The notes beneath the pieces are model-generated. The model had not been told where the DNA came from, searched no databases, and was given only the letters and a program-made list of their open reading frames with translations. From an uncultured bacterium (GTDB lineage Bacteria; CSSED10-310; CAZUFC01): a stretch of DNA of 64,000 nucleotides. Positions within the stretch are counted from its first letter, which is position 1. The number at the start of each line of letters is the position of its first letter. The DNA lies in assembly GCA_964619725.1 (NCBI GenBank), contig CAZUFC010000035.1, forward strand, positions 1 to 64,000, read 5' to 3'. Below, one piece after another: positions 29,722-38,845 of this stretch. Made by a program: the position numbers and the translations under genes.

Positions 29722-30428
29722 TGGATAACGAGACCTTTTCAATAAAGGGTTTTACGCCCACCTCGGTAATAGACTTTCCGGGAAAAATCAGTTCCATCGT
29801 ATTCACTCCAGGCTGCAATTTTCGTTGTCCCTTCTGTCACAACTCAGCCCTGGTCCTCAGACCCGAAACATTGCCGGACTATGATCCTCAGCACATACTG
29901 AATGAGATATCGCGAAGAGTGGATTTTCAGTGCGGGCTTGTGATTACGGGTGGCGAGCCGTTTTTACAGAAGGGACTGCATAATTTTGTCGAGAAAGCGA
30001 AGAGTGCGGGAGTATCGGTTAAAATAGACACTAACGGCAGTTTCCCGGAGCGTCTGAAAGAATGCATAAGGGGAAGACTGGTCGATTATGTTGCCATGGA
30101 TATAAAAAATGAACCTTCGCGTTACTCCCTATCTTCGGGCGTTGAAATCGATTTCGCTCTTATTGAGGAATCAATACGACTGCTGTCGGAATCGAAACTT
30201 CATTTTGAATTGAGGACTACTGTGACGCCCGGTCTGATCCGGGAAGTAGATATGGCGAAAATAAGGGGAATGATTCCGGAAAACGCGGTGTATTATCTGC
30301 AACAATATCAAGCGGGCCATACGATTGATCCGCGTTATGAGGAAGTGGAGCCGTATGATCTGCCAACGTTATATCGGATGAGAGATTTGTTGTCGACCAG
30401 CGGCGTCAAAGTTTACGTGAGATTCTGA
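29721..30428 (+). CDS. nrdG: Anaerobic ribonucleotide reductase activating enzyme (radical SAM)
   Basis: DFPGK...VFTPGCNFRCPFCHN, ITGGEP, DTNG, DIK and RTT; lies in the nrdD operon. Confidence 0.92.
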   Translation: MDNETFSIKGFTPTSVIDFPGKISSIVFTPGCNFRCPFCHNSALVLRPETLPDYDPQHILNEISRRVDFQCGLVITGGEPFLQKGLHNFVEKAKSAGVSVKIDTNGSFPERLKECIRGRLVDYVAMDIKNEPSRYSLSSGVEIDFALIEESIRLLSESKLHFELRTTVTPGLIREVDMAKIRGMIPENAVYYLQQYQAGHTIDPRYEEVEPYDLPTLYRMRDLLSTSGVKVYVRF

Positions 30429-31630
30429 ATGAATTTCAACGTCTCATCCAGCACAAGCATTTCCAAGTCTTCAATAGAGCCGGAATTCGTGATGGTCGCG
30501 TCGGCTTCATCCATCACGCGCGCAACCTGGCGGTCAACATCTGCGGCAGAATGCCCCAGTTCATCCTGCAAGATTTTCTGTGCGGCCTGGTCTGAATCAT
30601 TAAGGGTTTTAGCTTCGTCGAATCGTTTTCGTCGCCTTAAGCGGTTTATTATGGTTCCTTCGTCCGCAATTAGCGAAAGCAGAAAGAATCGTCCCCCGAA
30701 ACGACGTCGAAATTCCTCAACCTCACCCAGCGTCCGGTATCCTTCCACGACAAAAACCAGTATGTTCGGCGCCTTGTAATACTTTCTTAAATGATCGATT
30801 CGGTTGCAAATGCGAACGGCCAGGGCTTCCGGTCCATGACGTCGTCGAAGGTCTCCGCCTACTTCAGATAAAACTTCCCTGTCAAAGTCGCCGGGTTTGT
30901 TCGTTAAGATATACTGCCTTAATTCATTGCTGAAACCCAGCGGAAAAGCCAGTAGTCCCTGTGATTCCATCTCATTCCGTATGAATCTGCCGGCCGTATC
31001 CTTTCCGCTGGCCGGTAATCCCGTGATCCCGAATACGATCACCAGCGCTTCATCAGGTGTACCCTCATAACCTTCATCATGAAATTCAGCCGGGTCTATA
31101 GCTTCGATCATGTTGGCTGCAGCCGTCCTGATGAGCGACATACGATCCGAAGTCAACTTCAGGAGCCAGGGTACGGCGTCTTTGCGTTTCGTTAAACCCA
31201 GCGCCCGCGCCGTAAAGTAACGGATATGGGAACTGGAATCGAAACGATAACGCGATAAAAGTCTTACTGCTTTCCTGGAACGTATCCGGCACAGGGTTTT
31301 CAAAATCTTGATTTTGTCGTTTTCATCACATTCTTCGTATAAACTCGCCAGTTGATCCGTCACCCGGTCGCCCGCGTTGATGAAAGCCCCCATTGCCGAA
31401 TGCTTGAAACCCGGATCAGAGCCCAGGAAAGCTGAACGCAACAGCTTCCAATTACCCGGTTCCACGGCATTCAATGAGGACAGGTACTGACCGAATACTT
31501 TTGGGTCATACTTTACGTTTTCGTCGATCGATAATATGTCCGCACCCAAAAAACCGATGAAATCAGCCGCTTGCATGCGTTCGTAAATGTCATCTGATTT
31601 AAGTTTTTCCTTCAGTTCGTTCCAATCCAT
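30413..31630 (-). CDS. HEAT-repeat domain fused to a P-loop NMP/dephospho-CoA kinase-like domain
   Basis: HEAT-like repeats (IRYFTARALG...AVPWL; IRTAAANMI). Walker A GITGLPASGKDT, VVEGYRTLGEV and ADATITNSGS. Start placed at the ATG of MDWNEL. Confidence 0.7.
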   Translation of the reverse strand: MDWNELKEKLKSDDIYERMQAADFIGFLGADILSIDENVKYDPKVFGQYLSSLNAVEPGNWKLLRSAFLGSDPGFKHSAMGAFINAGDRVTDQLASLYEECDENDKIKILKTLCRIRSRKAVRLLSRYRFDSSSHIRYFTARALGLTKRKDAVPWLLKLTSDRMSLIRTAAANMIEAIDPAEFHDEGYEGTPDEALVIVFGITGLPASGKDTAGRFIRNEMESQGLLAFPLGFSNELRQYILTNKPGDFDREVLSEVGGDLRRRHGPEALAVRICNRIDHLRKYYKAPNILVFVVEGYRTLGEVEEFRRRFGGRFFLLSLIADEGTIINRLRRRKRFDEAKTLNDSDQAAQKILQDELGHSAADVDRQVARVMDEADATITNSGSIEDLEMLVLDETLKFIQNLT

Positions 31631-31930
31631 AATCACAACGCCTTTCACAAACTATAATACAAATCAAAAAATAATATGTAAATGCTGATCGGCCGTCCTG
31701 AGCAATTTTTTTGATTCGCTGTGATGGAGAATGAGTTCTCGTACATTATTCAATATTCGTTTGAACATTCTCCGTTATTTAAATGGAATTTCATGAAATT
31801 GGCAGCCCACGACATCCAGTCCGCAGAGCGTCGGGGAGATAATCGTCATTAATGTCATTCCTTTATAGGCATTGATCAAATAAGCATCTTTTGAGATTAC
31901 AATGCGTTAGAATTCCCCATCATTTTGTTT

Positions 31931-31957
31931 CGATTGCGATCCCGATACCGACCCCGA
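31931..31957. repeat. Short 6-bp-periodic repeat (CGATNN/CGACNN)n
   Basis: CGATTG CGATCC CGATAC CGACCC CGA; a related copy lies at 56595-56617. Confidence 0.45.
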
Positions 31958-32062
31958 TTTATTGAAATAAACTGTTAAAAGATTAGAAAGAAGTGTAACC
32001 CCTGTTTGATCACTCCACTATCATAGTCATGAAGGAGCTTGGATGAGAAGGCGCGGACCGGA

Positions 32063-32830
32063 CTATTGTCGTTTAATTTTCTTGTGAATGTATAGAGTTA
32101 GAAAGGATATGAAGAAGATAACGAAAAGCGGGAGGGAGTAGGCGGTGTTTGCTTTAAGAAATTCAAATCTTTCAATGAGCAGTGATATTCTGGACATGAC
32201 GGTGTTTCCGTAAGAAGCGCCGAAGGAAATCATGAGGAACCCCATACCGCCGGCTGCAGCAGCGCCGAGAGCGCCTTTATGTTCCAGAGAAAAGAAGAAA
32301 TAGACCAGAACCATGAGCACTCCGAAGATCATGATAGGGTTCCAGATAAATTCCAGGAAAGAGAAGAGGCCGGGATTTTCCATGAAATTGGTCCAGGCTC
32401 CCGGTTTGATTAGAGGCATCATGTTGGCGTGAATCTGTGGAATGAGATCTCCTTGAGCGAAACCTATTATGGCGAGCCCGGAAAAAGAACCGATAACGAC
32501 GGCCATGGGCCAGCGGGACAGCCATCCGTATTTTTTGACCAGTTGAGTAAACATGAGTAATCCCATGATAAAAGGAATGATCAACGCCAGATTCCACCCG
32601 GAGAATTCATTAGCGGTGAAAAGGTTTTTTATGGCTTCGGTCATAGGGTCCCAAAGATTAGGAATGAAAACCGTATGGTACTGAATGACGATAAAATAGC
32701 CTGCAGCTACTCCTACGAAAAGGTATTCGGCGAAACGGTAAATGGGATTATCGCGGTAGAGGAAGCTGAAAATGCTGAGGGTAAAAAATACGGCAAGTAA
32801 ATTACCAAAATCCGGTGCAAAGGCATCCAT
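32063..32830 (-). CDS. Conserved hypothetical polytopic membrane protein (gene 4 of 4-gene operon)
   Basis: About 7 hydrophobic segments. Motifs SFLYRDNP.YRFAE..FVG and FGASYGNTVMSR. Starts 2 bp after the upstream stop. Confidence 0.8.
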   Translation of the reverse strand: MDAFAPDFGNLLAVFFTLSIFSFLYRDNPIYRFAEYLFVGVAAGYFIVIQYHTVFIPNLWDPMTEAIKNLFTANEFSGWNLALIIPFIMGLLMFTQLVKKYGWLSRWPMAVVIGSFSGLAIIGFAQGDLIPQIHANMMPLIKPGAWTNFMENPGLFSFLEFIWNPIMIFGVLMVLVYFFFSLEHKGALGAAAAGGMGFLMISFGASYGNTVMSRISLLIERFEFLKANTAYSLPLFVIFFISFLTLYIHKKIKRQ

Positions 32831-32832
32831 GA

Positions 32833-33681
32833 TTACCTCGATCTCCAGCGGATGAACAGATTAAGGAAGAAAAACACATTGCCCAGGATGATGAAAAAAA
32901 CGATAATGCCGTGCCCCAAAGCCTGGGCATCCATCGCTTTCGTTGCTCTTCCAGAGTATCCCAGGAGTGTTTCATATTCAGCGCACGCCTTAAGGCCGCC
33001 GACGAGTCCCGCTAATTGTCCAGATTCGTGATAGGGATAATATTCGGGAGATGATATGCCGGCGCATCCTGAAACGACTTTCTTTTTAAATCTTTTCTGG
33101 ACCTGCTGCACCCATTCTTTTGTTCCGGGGTATCCCGCAGAAAGAGTAACGATTAAATCGATTGTTTCATAGTTCAGGATGCCCTCCATTACGTTTATTT
33201 CATTCACCGGCGTATGATGAAAATCCTTGGGAAAGGCGCTCAATATACTTTCGCCCATGGACACCATCACCACTTCGCGGCCTTCCTTGAATCCCAGGTT
33301 AACGAAATGTTCGCCGTATTTCTTGTTATATTTCGGCGATACTTCATTATAGGATTCGGAGAGCATCCGCGGTCCAGCCGGCCACAGACTCAATCCGATA
33401 ATTTTGACGTTTTTTGAAAAAAGATGATGAAGGACCGCTATGGTCATGGGCAGCAGTTCGGCCCTTGATCCCGGGTCCCAGTCAGCCGAAAGCAGAACTG
33501 CCGCTCCGTCCGGCAATTCTTCGATAGCCCGGTAAAAATCTTTGACCGGTTCTGTCGGGGTGACGGGAAGCCCCAGGGGGAACAACAAGGGAAAAAATAT
33601 GGTCAGGGCAACGAAAATGAAAATATATCGCCGGTCCATTTTTTCTATTTTTTCCAGCCTTAACATCTTTTTCGTTTTCAT
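32833..33681 (-). CDS. Conserved hypothetical membrane protein with a soluble alpha/beta domain (gene 3 of operon)
   Basis: N-terminal TM, YGEHFVNLGF, PYHESGQLAGLVGGLKACAEYE, MDAQ and a C-terminal TM. Confidence 0.8.
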   Translation of the reverse strand: MKTKKMLRLEKIEKMDRRYIFIFVALTIFFPLLFPLGLPVTPTEPVKDFYRAIEELPDGAAVLLSADWDPGSRAELLPMTIAVLHHLFSKNVKIIGLSLWPAGPRMLSESYNEVSPKYNKKYGEHFVNLGFKEGREVVMVSMGESILSAFPKDFHHTPVNEINVMEGILNYETIDLIVTLSAGYPGTKEWVQQVQKRFKKKVVSGCAGISSPEYYPYHESGQLAGLVGGLKACAEYETLLGYSGRATKAMDAQALGHGIIVFFIILGNVFFFLNLFIRWRSR

Positions 33682-33686
33682 GTCCG

Positions 33687-34325
33687 TTACTCGCCGCTGA
33701 TGTAACTGCGTTCAATGCCGAGAATTATTTTCAATCCTGTTGAGATGGCTCCCAGAGCTGCTCCGATCATGATCGCCCGTTTACCGGCGTTCTGCAGGCA
33801 GGCCATGATCCATTCCACAAAATCCGGCAGATCGTTCCAGAAGTATTCGCCGATAGAGACGCGACCCAGCATCACAATGACGGCGGTAACCGCCAGCAAA
33901 GAGGCCAGAACGGTCTTTATGCGAAACGCCCGGAAAGCTGCGGATGCAATGTAAAACGCCAGCAATGAAAACATGGTAGCCTGCATGGGCACATAAGCGT
34001 TATCAAATATCCATAAAAACAGCGAACCTTCCTCATATCCGCCCCGCCAGGTTTCAGGAATAAAAATGCCGAAAAGAATCATTATTCCCATGCCGATAAG
34101 GGTCAGCACGCTATATCCCCAGCCTTTTTTTCTGTCAGCGGTTTTACGGTAGTGAATTCTCCCCACGTTAGTCACGCCCAGTACATAGGCGAAGGAAATA
34201 ATGATCAGGGCCCAGATGTTCAACTTGTCGGCCAGTGTTTTCCAACCGGGATGAACAATGAAAGAATTAATGATGAAAAATATCCCGCAAAGAAATGTTA
34301 TAAGCAGAGGAACTTCCCTTTTCAT
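33687..34325 (-). CDS. Conserved hypothetical polytopic membrane protein (gene 2 of operon)
   Basis: About 6 hydrophobic segments. P..ATMFSLLAFYIASAAFRAFR, RAIMIGAALG and ILGIER. Confidence 0.8.
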   Translation of the reverse strand: MKREVPLLITFLCGIFFIINSFIVHPGWKTLADKLNIWALIIISFAYVLGVTNVGRIHYRKTADRKKGWGYSVLTLIGMGIMILFGIFIPETWRGGYEEGSLFLWIFDNAYVPMQATMFSLLAFYIASAAFRAFRIKTVLASLLAVTAVIVMLGRVSIGEYFWNDLPDFVEWIMACLQNAGKRAIMIGAALGAISTGLKIILGIERSYISGE

Positions 34326-34341
34326 CTTTAGAACAGACTCC

Positions 34342-35118
34342 TTACGTCACGAAGAACTTCGTGATCCAATCCTTTCCGAACGTCTCGAAAATGAACCCCA
34401 GAATAAGCAGGATAATAATCATTACTTTGAACCAGTCGATGCCCTTGAGCGTCCCGACCAGTTTCGGTTCCTGCGAAAGATAGGCTGTGGCCGCAAAAAA
34501 TTCTTCTCCGATCAATGTATAATCGCAAGCTACCACGAAAAACGGCAACTGATGAATATTGGCCGTTCCCGCCACCTGGATCGAACCTGCCACGTAACCG
34601 GTTTCTGCTAAAATCAAAGATTCGGCGTAAAAGGATCCCAGATAAATATTTGCTGCAGGCTTTTCCCTAAGGATTATTCCGTTCACTGCAGCCGTAAAAG
34701 CGAACTGCTCGTCTGATAAATACCGAACATTATCGACGTCGAAATTTTCCGGCGATCCTGCATTCAGATAACCCTGCTTTACGGTTTCTTCCGCCATGGG
34801 CGTAACGAAAGCCTTGCCTATAGGGACGATAAGCGGGGTCCCATAAGATGCCACAATGCCGGCCACATGCTCCAGAATCACCATACTATAAATAGTCTGA
34901 ATATTATTCACATCATCGATCCCGGGCACATACAGCACCGCACGACCCATCTCCGTCGCCCGCCCCACAGCCTCCTCAATAGCCTTCAATCCCGCAAGCG
35001 GCCTTATGAACATGCTCCGGCCGCTTTGGGCCCGCCTGATCATGTACATAACGAAGAGGGAGAATGAAACCAGAATGACGAAAAAATTGAGTTTTTCAAA
35101 ATCGAATATTCCGGACAT
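34342..35118 (-). CDS. DUF6754-like membrane protein (gene 1 of operon)
   Basis: IRPLAGLKAIEEAVGRATEMGR, G.FYAESLILAE, QLPFFVVACDYTLIGEE; N- and C-terminal TMs. The family name is recalled from these motifs and was not searched. Confidence 0.78.
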   Translation of the reverse strand: MSGIFDFEKLNFFVILVSFSLFVMYMIRRAQSGRSMFIRPLAGLKAIEEAVGRATEMGRAVLYVPGIDDVNNIQTIYSMVILEHVAGIVASYGTPLIVPIGKAFVTPMAEETVKQGYLNAGSPENFDVDNVRYLSDEQFAFTAAVNGIILREKPAANIYLGSFYAESLILAETGYVAGSIQVAGTANIHQLPFFVVACDYTLIGEEFFAATAYLSQEPKLVGTLKGIDWFKVMIIILLILGFIFETFGKDWITKFFVT

Positions 35119-35394
35119 CAGTAAACTTCCATAAGCAGGCCATGAATGATAAGCATGTGAAATTTGCCTTGATCCTTCATTAACATTACCCGATGCGGCA
35201 AAATAGTCAAGCGAAAAGTTTATTTTGCGGATGCCGTGACGGCGTTGACCGGAGGAAAACAGCGAATCAGATGAATCTCTCGAACAAGAAAAGGGATAAG
35301 AGGGCCGGTATTAGCTTAAAGCTCATCTTGAATGTTTTCGTGAGCACGAATTATCGCGGAAACGGACATGGATTGTTTATAGAATGCTGATCTT

Positions 35395-35513
35395 CAGACG
35401 CCGCTTCCTGCATCGCGGACTCCGGCGACGAGTCCGACGTTGAGTCCCGAAGGAACGTCGAATCCGTTCAAACGTTCAGAAGAATCTGTATGGGGATTTT
35501 GAGGAAGCGCCTG
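35395..35513 (-). ncRNA. Candidate structured RNA (unassigned family)
   Basis: Closing helix CGCTTCCT/AGGAAGCG, a 7-bp hairpin CGGACTC/GAGTCCG, and a GACGT-stem hairpin capped by C(UUCG)G on the minus strand. Intergenic. Confidence 0.35.
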
Positions 35514-35664
35514 TCCGCCATTGCATTTCCGGCAAGAATGAGTTTTTGGACAGGAGTAGCTCAGCATTGAGTGGATTGTTAGGATGACGGGGCAGCAGAA
35601 CAATGTTACCTTTCGAAGTTAATTATGTTTGATGCCGATATTCGATGGCATTAAGGAGGAAAAA

Positions 35665-36129
35665 ATGGCGAAGAAAAGCGCCGGCATTCTTATGTATCGT
35701 TTTGCCGGTAAAGAATTGGAATTTTTGCTTGTGCATCCCGGAGGGCCTTACTGGGCGAAAAAGGACAAACAAGCCTGGTCTATCCCGAAGGGAGAATTTG
35801 ACGAAGATGAAAAACCTCTGGATGCCGCTTTACGTGAATTTCAGGAAGAAACGGGGATAGAGGCGGAGGGTGAGTTCATTGAGCTGGGCGCTGTCCGTCA
35901 GTCCGGCGGCAAAGAGGTGCATGCCTGGGCCGTCGAAGGCGATTGCGATCCCGCAGCGGTCAAAAGCAATAAATTTGAAATGGAGTGGCCGCCTAAGTCA
36001 GGACGGACTCAGAGTTTTCCGGAGATAGACCGGGCCGGCTGGTTCAAGGCCGATACCGCAAAAGAGAAAATCAACAAGGGGCAGATCGAATTTATCGACA
36101 GGATTTTGAAAAAGAAGGACAAGGATTGA
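35665..36129 (+). CDS. NUDIX hydrolase (COG4119-like)
   Basis: SAGILMYR, LVHPGGPYW, Nudix box PKGE...AALREFQEETG, EWPPKSG...FPEIDRA. RBS AAGGAGG before ATG 35665. Confidence 0.9.
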   Translation: MAKKSAGILMYRFAGKELEFLLVHPGGPYWAKKDKQAWSIPKGEFDEDEKPLDAALREFQEETGIEAEGEFIELGAVRQSGGKEVHAWAVEGDCDPAAVKSNKFEMEWPPKSGRTQSFPEIDRAGWFKADTAKEKINKGQIEFIDRILKKKDKD

Positions 36130-36395
36130 AAGTGCAAATTTCGGCATCGGCAATTTGTTCAATCATAGTGATGTATGAGCGGTTGAAAAACTAAAATATT
36201 CAATACGATTTGGGTCAGAAGACAAGAAGGAAACCTAATGTCCGTTAATGCTGAGACTTCGTCTGCATCGCATCTCAGCAGACGAGCCTGATTTTGTCGC
36301 CGATTACCTGCAATTCCAACCGTCAGGTATAAGCGGTCGGAACGTCAATGTAAACCAACCATCCATACATCCGTCGACTCATCCATTCTTCCGGG

Positions 36396-38642
36396 CTATT
36401 CCAGATAACCCAGAGCTTTCAGAGATGCTTCATCCCCGGCGCTGAGAATCCGCTGCTCCTTTTTAAGAGAGCCTTTGGAGCTTTTTATCCATTTGTTCGT
36501 AATGTTCGTCATCTGTTTTAGCTTTTCCGGATTCTGATCGGCGAGGTTATACCTTTCCAAAGGGTCCTCCCGCAGATTGAAAAGCAATGACTGCGGAAAA
36601 TCAGGATGCTCTTTGATCGGGCAGATGATTTTTTGATCATCCCGCCATAAAGCTGCAGCGAAACTTCCCGTTTCAGCGTGAATATTCCGGCTTTTTCTTT
36701 CCGGCAACGAATTTTGGGGGAAAAGGTCTATACCGCTGGCCGACGCAGGACATTCCAGGCCGAGACGAGAGATTAAAGTGTGGAAAATATTCAGCATTTC
36801 GACGGGTATGCCGCTGCATCCTTTCGGCCACTTGTTTTCCGAATCAAAAAAGATCAGCGGCACGCGAACGTGTGGTTCATAAAGTCCTGTGTGATGCTGG
36901 AAAAAAAGGCCATGTTCATAGAGACTTTCGCCGTGGTCCGCTGTCAGGACGACTAAAAGCGGTTTGTCGCCGCGGCATTTCCGCATAAGTCTGAATACAT
37001 TTCCGGCATATCTGTCGGCATCGCAAATTTCAGCCCTGTACATGGCCATCAGATTCCTGGTTTTATTTTCATCGAAATCGCGGGTTGGTCGGAAAATGTC
37101 GAGGTTCAGCCGTTCTTCGCGAGGAGAATAGTAGTTGCTGAATTCATTCTTCAGGTAAGGAACATGAGGATCGAAAAGGTGCAGAAATACGAACAGGGGG
37201 CGTTCGTCCTGCTTTTGCAGTTCATCGGACAAATCTGCTGCAACGTCTCTGCCGTCTCTCTTGGATACTTCTGTGCCGTAATAGACGTCCGATCCCTGTC
37301 CGAAACCTGAATCTCCGCCGGACATATGTCTGGCGCCTGCCGAAGCGATCGTGCGGTATCCGTTTTGCTTCAGAATTTCCATCAGGGTCGTTGCATCAGA
37401 CGATAAGCGCCATTTATTGCCCAATACATTATGCTGCCGAAGATACATCCCGGTCAGAAGACTGGCGTGCGACGGGTTGGTCACTGCGGCCTGGCTGTAG
37501 GCGCGAAAGAAAACAAAACCCTTATCCGCAAGAGAATCGATAAAAGGCGTGAGGATGCGGTGATCGCCCTGGATGCCTGTGTGATCGGCACGAAGAGTAT
37601 CCACCGAGATGAGAAGGATGTCCGGATAATACATTTTCTCTTGAGAGTCTCTATATGCAAAGGATAGCGATGCGACGGCCAGGTCGTTTTGCGTCTGAAA
37701 TTTCAAGGCCTGGTATCCTTCAGGCAAATCATAATTGAAGGATAGCCATCCCGTATCGGGCAGGAGTATTGTTTCTATATATTTAAGCGTTTGAACTGTT
37801 CCGTCTTCTTTCAACCCTTGAATGGTCAAGGATGCTTTAAAGTAATTATCGACAGGGTAGCCGATTTTAAAGCAAATTTTCCCTTCTTTCTTATCGGGAA
37901 TCCTGAATATGCCGCAACCGCCTCCAGCGAAAACCAGGGCTGGACGATTTTCTTTATCTAGAGAAATGCGCCCTATGGATACGAAATTATTGCGGTGAAG
38001 TTCGGGATTGTGCCCTAGTCTAATCTCATCCAGGCGAAAATAACGCATCTCCGTGATCTTTTTATCGGCTGCTTCGTCAGCTTTCGCATCGCGTAAGCCA
38101 CGGCAATGAAAATCAAGCGTGTTGAATCCTTCTTTCAATGTGCCTGGGGGAATATTTATTCTAAACCATTCCGGATAGTCCTTCAGTTCTATTTCAGCAA
38201 TTTTGTCGTCATTCAGAGCTATAACGACGGTCAGTGAATTCCAGCGCATTTCTTCGCACCGGGACATGAAAATTTCCATGATGTCGCCGCAGGAAGTAAA
38301 GCAGGGCAACAATATTCTTGCATTAGGATAATCGCAGCGCAGCCGGCTTCCTTTGCCTGTTTCTTTCAATTCCCTGGTCCAGCGGGATACGATGAGTTCA
38401 TTGCACACCGCTGAAGCCGGCAATATCGTCGTTCCACGGTCATCAATTTTCTCCAGTTTGGGTTCTCCATGAGTTAAAAGGTCCAACGTTCGATTATAAT
38501 GATTATAAGAAAGGGAAGCGTTTTCCGGCTGATCGTTTTCGCCGTTCTTCGCAGAATCGGGACTTATGCAGCCATGAACAGAGATGAAAATGAGAAGTAA
38601 TGTAATTTTCAACAGCGATATCAATTTCGAAACCCAAGACAA
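36396..38642 (-). CDS. Sulfatase-like (alkaline phosphatase superfamily) lipoprotein with N-terminal accessory domains
   Basis: ILLISVDTLRADH, TNPSHASLLTG, HLFDPHVPY, TADHGE, VPLIF, DPLE..NL and LKALGY. Lipobox-like VHGC. Confidence 0.85.
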   Translation of the reverse strand: MSWVSKLISLLKITLLLIFISVHGCISPDSAKNGENDQPENASLSYNHYNRTLDLLTHGEPKLEKIDDRGTTILPASAVCNELIVSRWTRELKETGKGSRLRCDYPNARILLPCFTSCGDIMEIFMSRCEEMRWNSLTVVIALNDDKIAEIELKDYPEWFRINIPPGTLKEGFNTLDFHCRGLRDAKADEAADKKITEMRYFRLDEIRLGHNPELHRNNFVSIGRISLDKENRPALVFAGGGCGIFRIPDKKEGKICFKIGYPVDNYFKASLTIQGLKEDGTVQTLKYIETILLPDTGWLSFNYDLPEGYQALKFQTQNDLAVASLSFAYRDSQEKMYYPDILLISVDTLRADHTGIQGDHRILTPFIDSLADKGFVFFRAYSQAAVTNPSHASLLTGMYLRQHNVLGNKWRLSSDATTLMEILKQNGYRTIASAGARHMSGGDSGFGQGSDVYYGTEVSKRDGRDVAADLSDELQKQDERPLFVFLHLFDPHVPYLKNEFSNYYSPREERLNLDIFRPTRDFDENKTRNLMAMYRAEICDADRYAGNVFRLMRKCRGDKPLLVVLTADHGESLYEHGLFFQHHTGLYEPHVRVPLIFFDSENKWPKGCSGIPVEMLNIFHTLISRLGLECPASASGIDLFPQNSLPERKSRNIHAETGSFAAALWRDDQKIICPIKEHPDFPQSLLFNLREDPLERYNLADQNPEKLKQMTNITNKWIKSSKGSLKKEQRILSAGDEASLKALGYLE

Positions 38643-38845
38643 CTTCCATACCCTCCGAAGAAATTGAGGGTTCAGTTTATCCTTTCAACAGTCGGAGGTC
38701 AAAGCAGATCGGATTAATGGCTGCTTCGAAGTTGACGCTTATGGTATAATTTGCATCTATCAGTGAAACTTCACGAATCCACGCGAAAAAGAGGGGACGG
38801 CGGAAAAGTGACGTGCGCCGATTGGTTTTGGCATACCGAGACAAA

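Noticed and set aside
35441-35460. SRP RNA or a known riboswitch
   Set aside because: Superficial similarity to the SRP helix-8 loop, but the conserved CAGG and AGCAG internal-loop bases are missing. No known riboswitch consensus was recognised.
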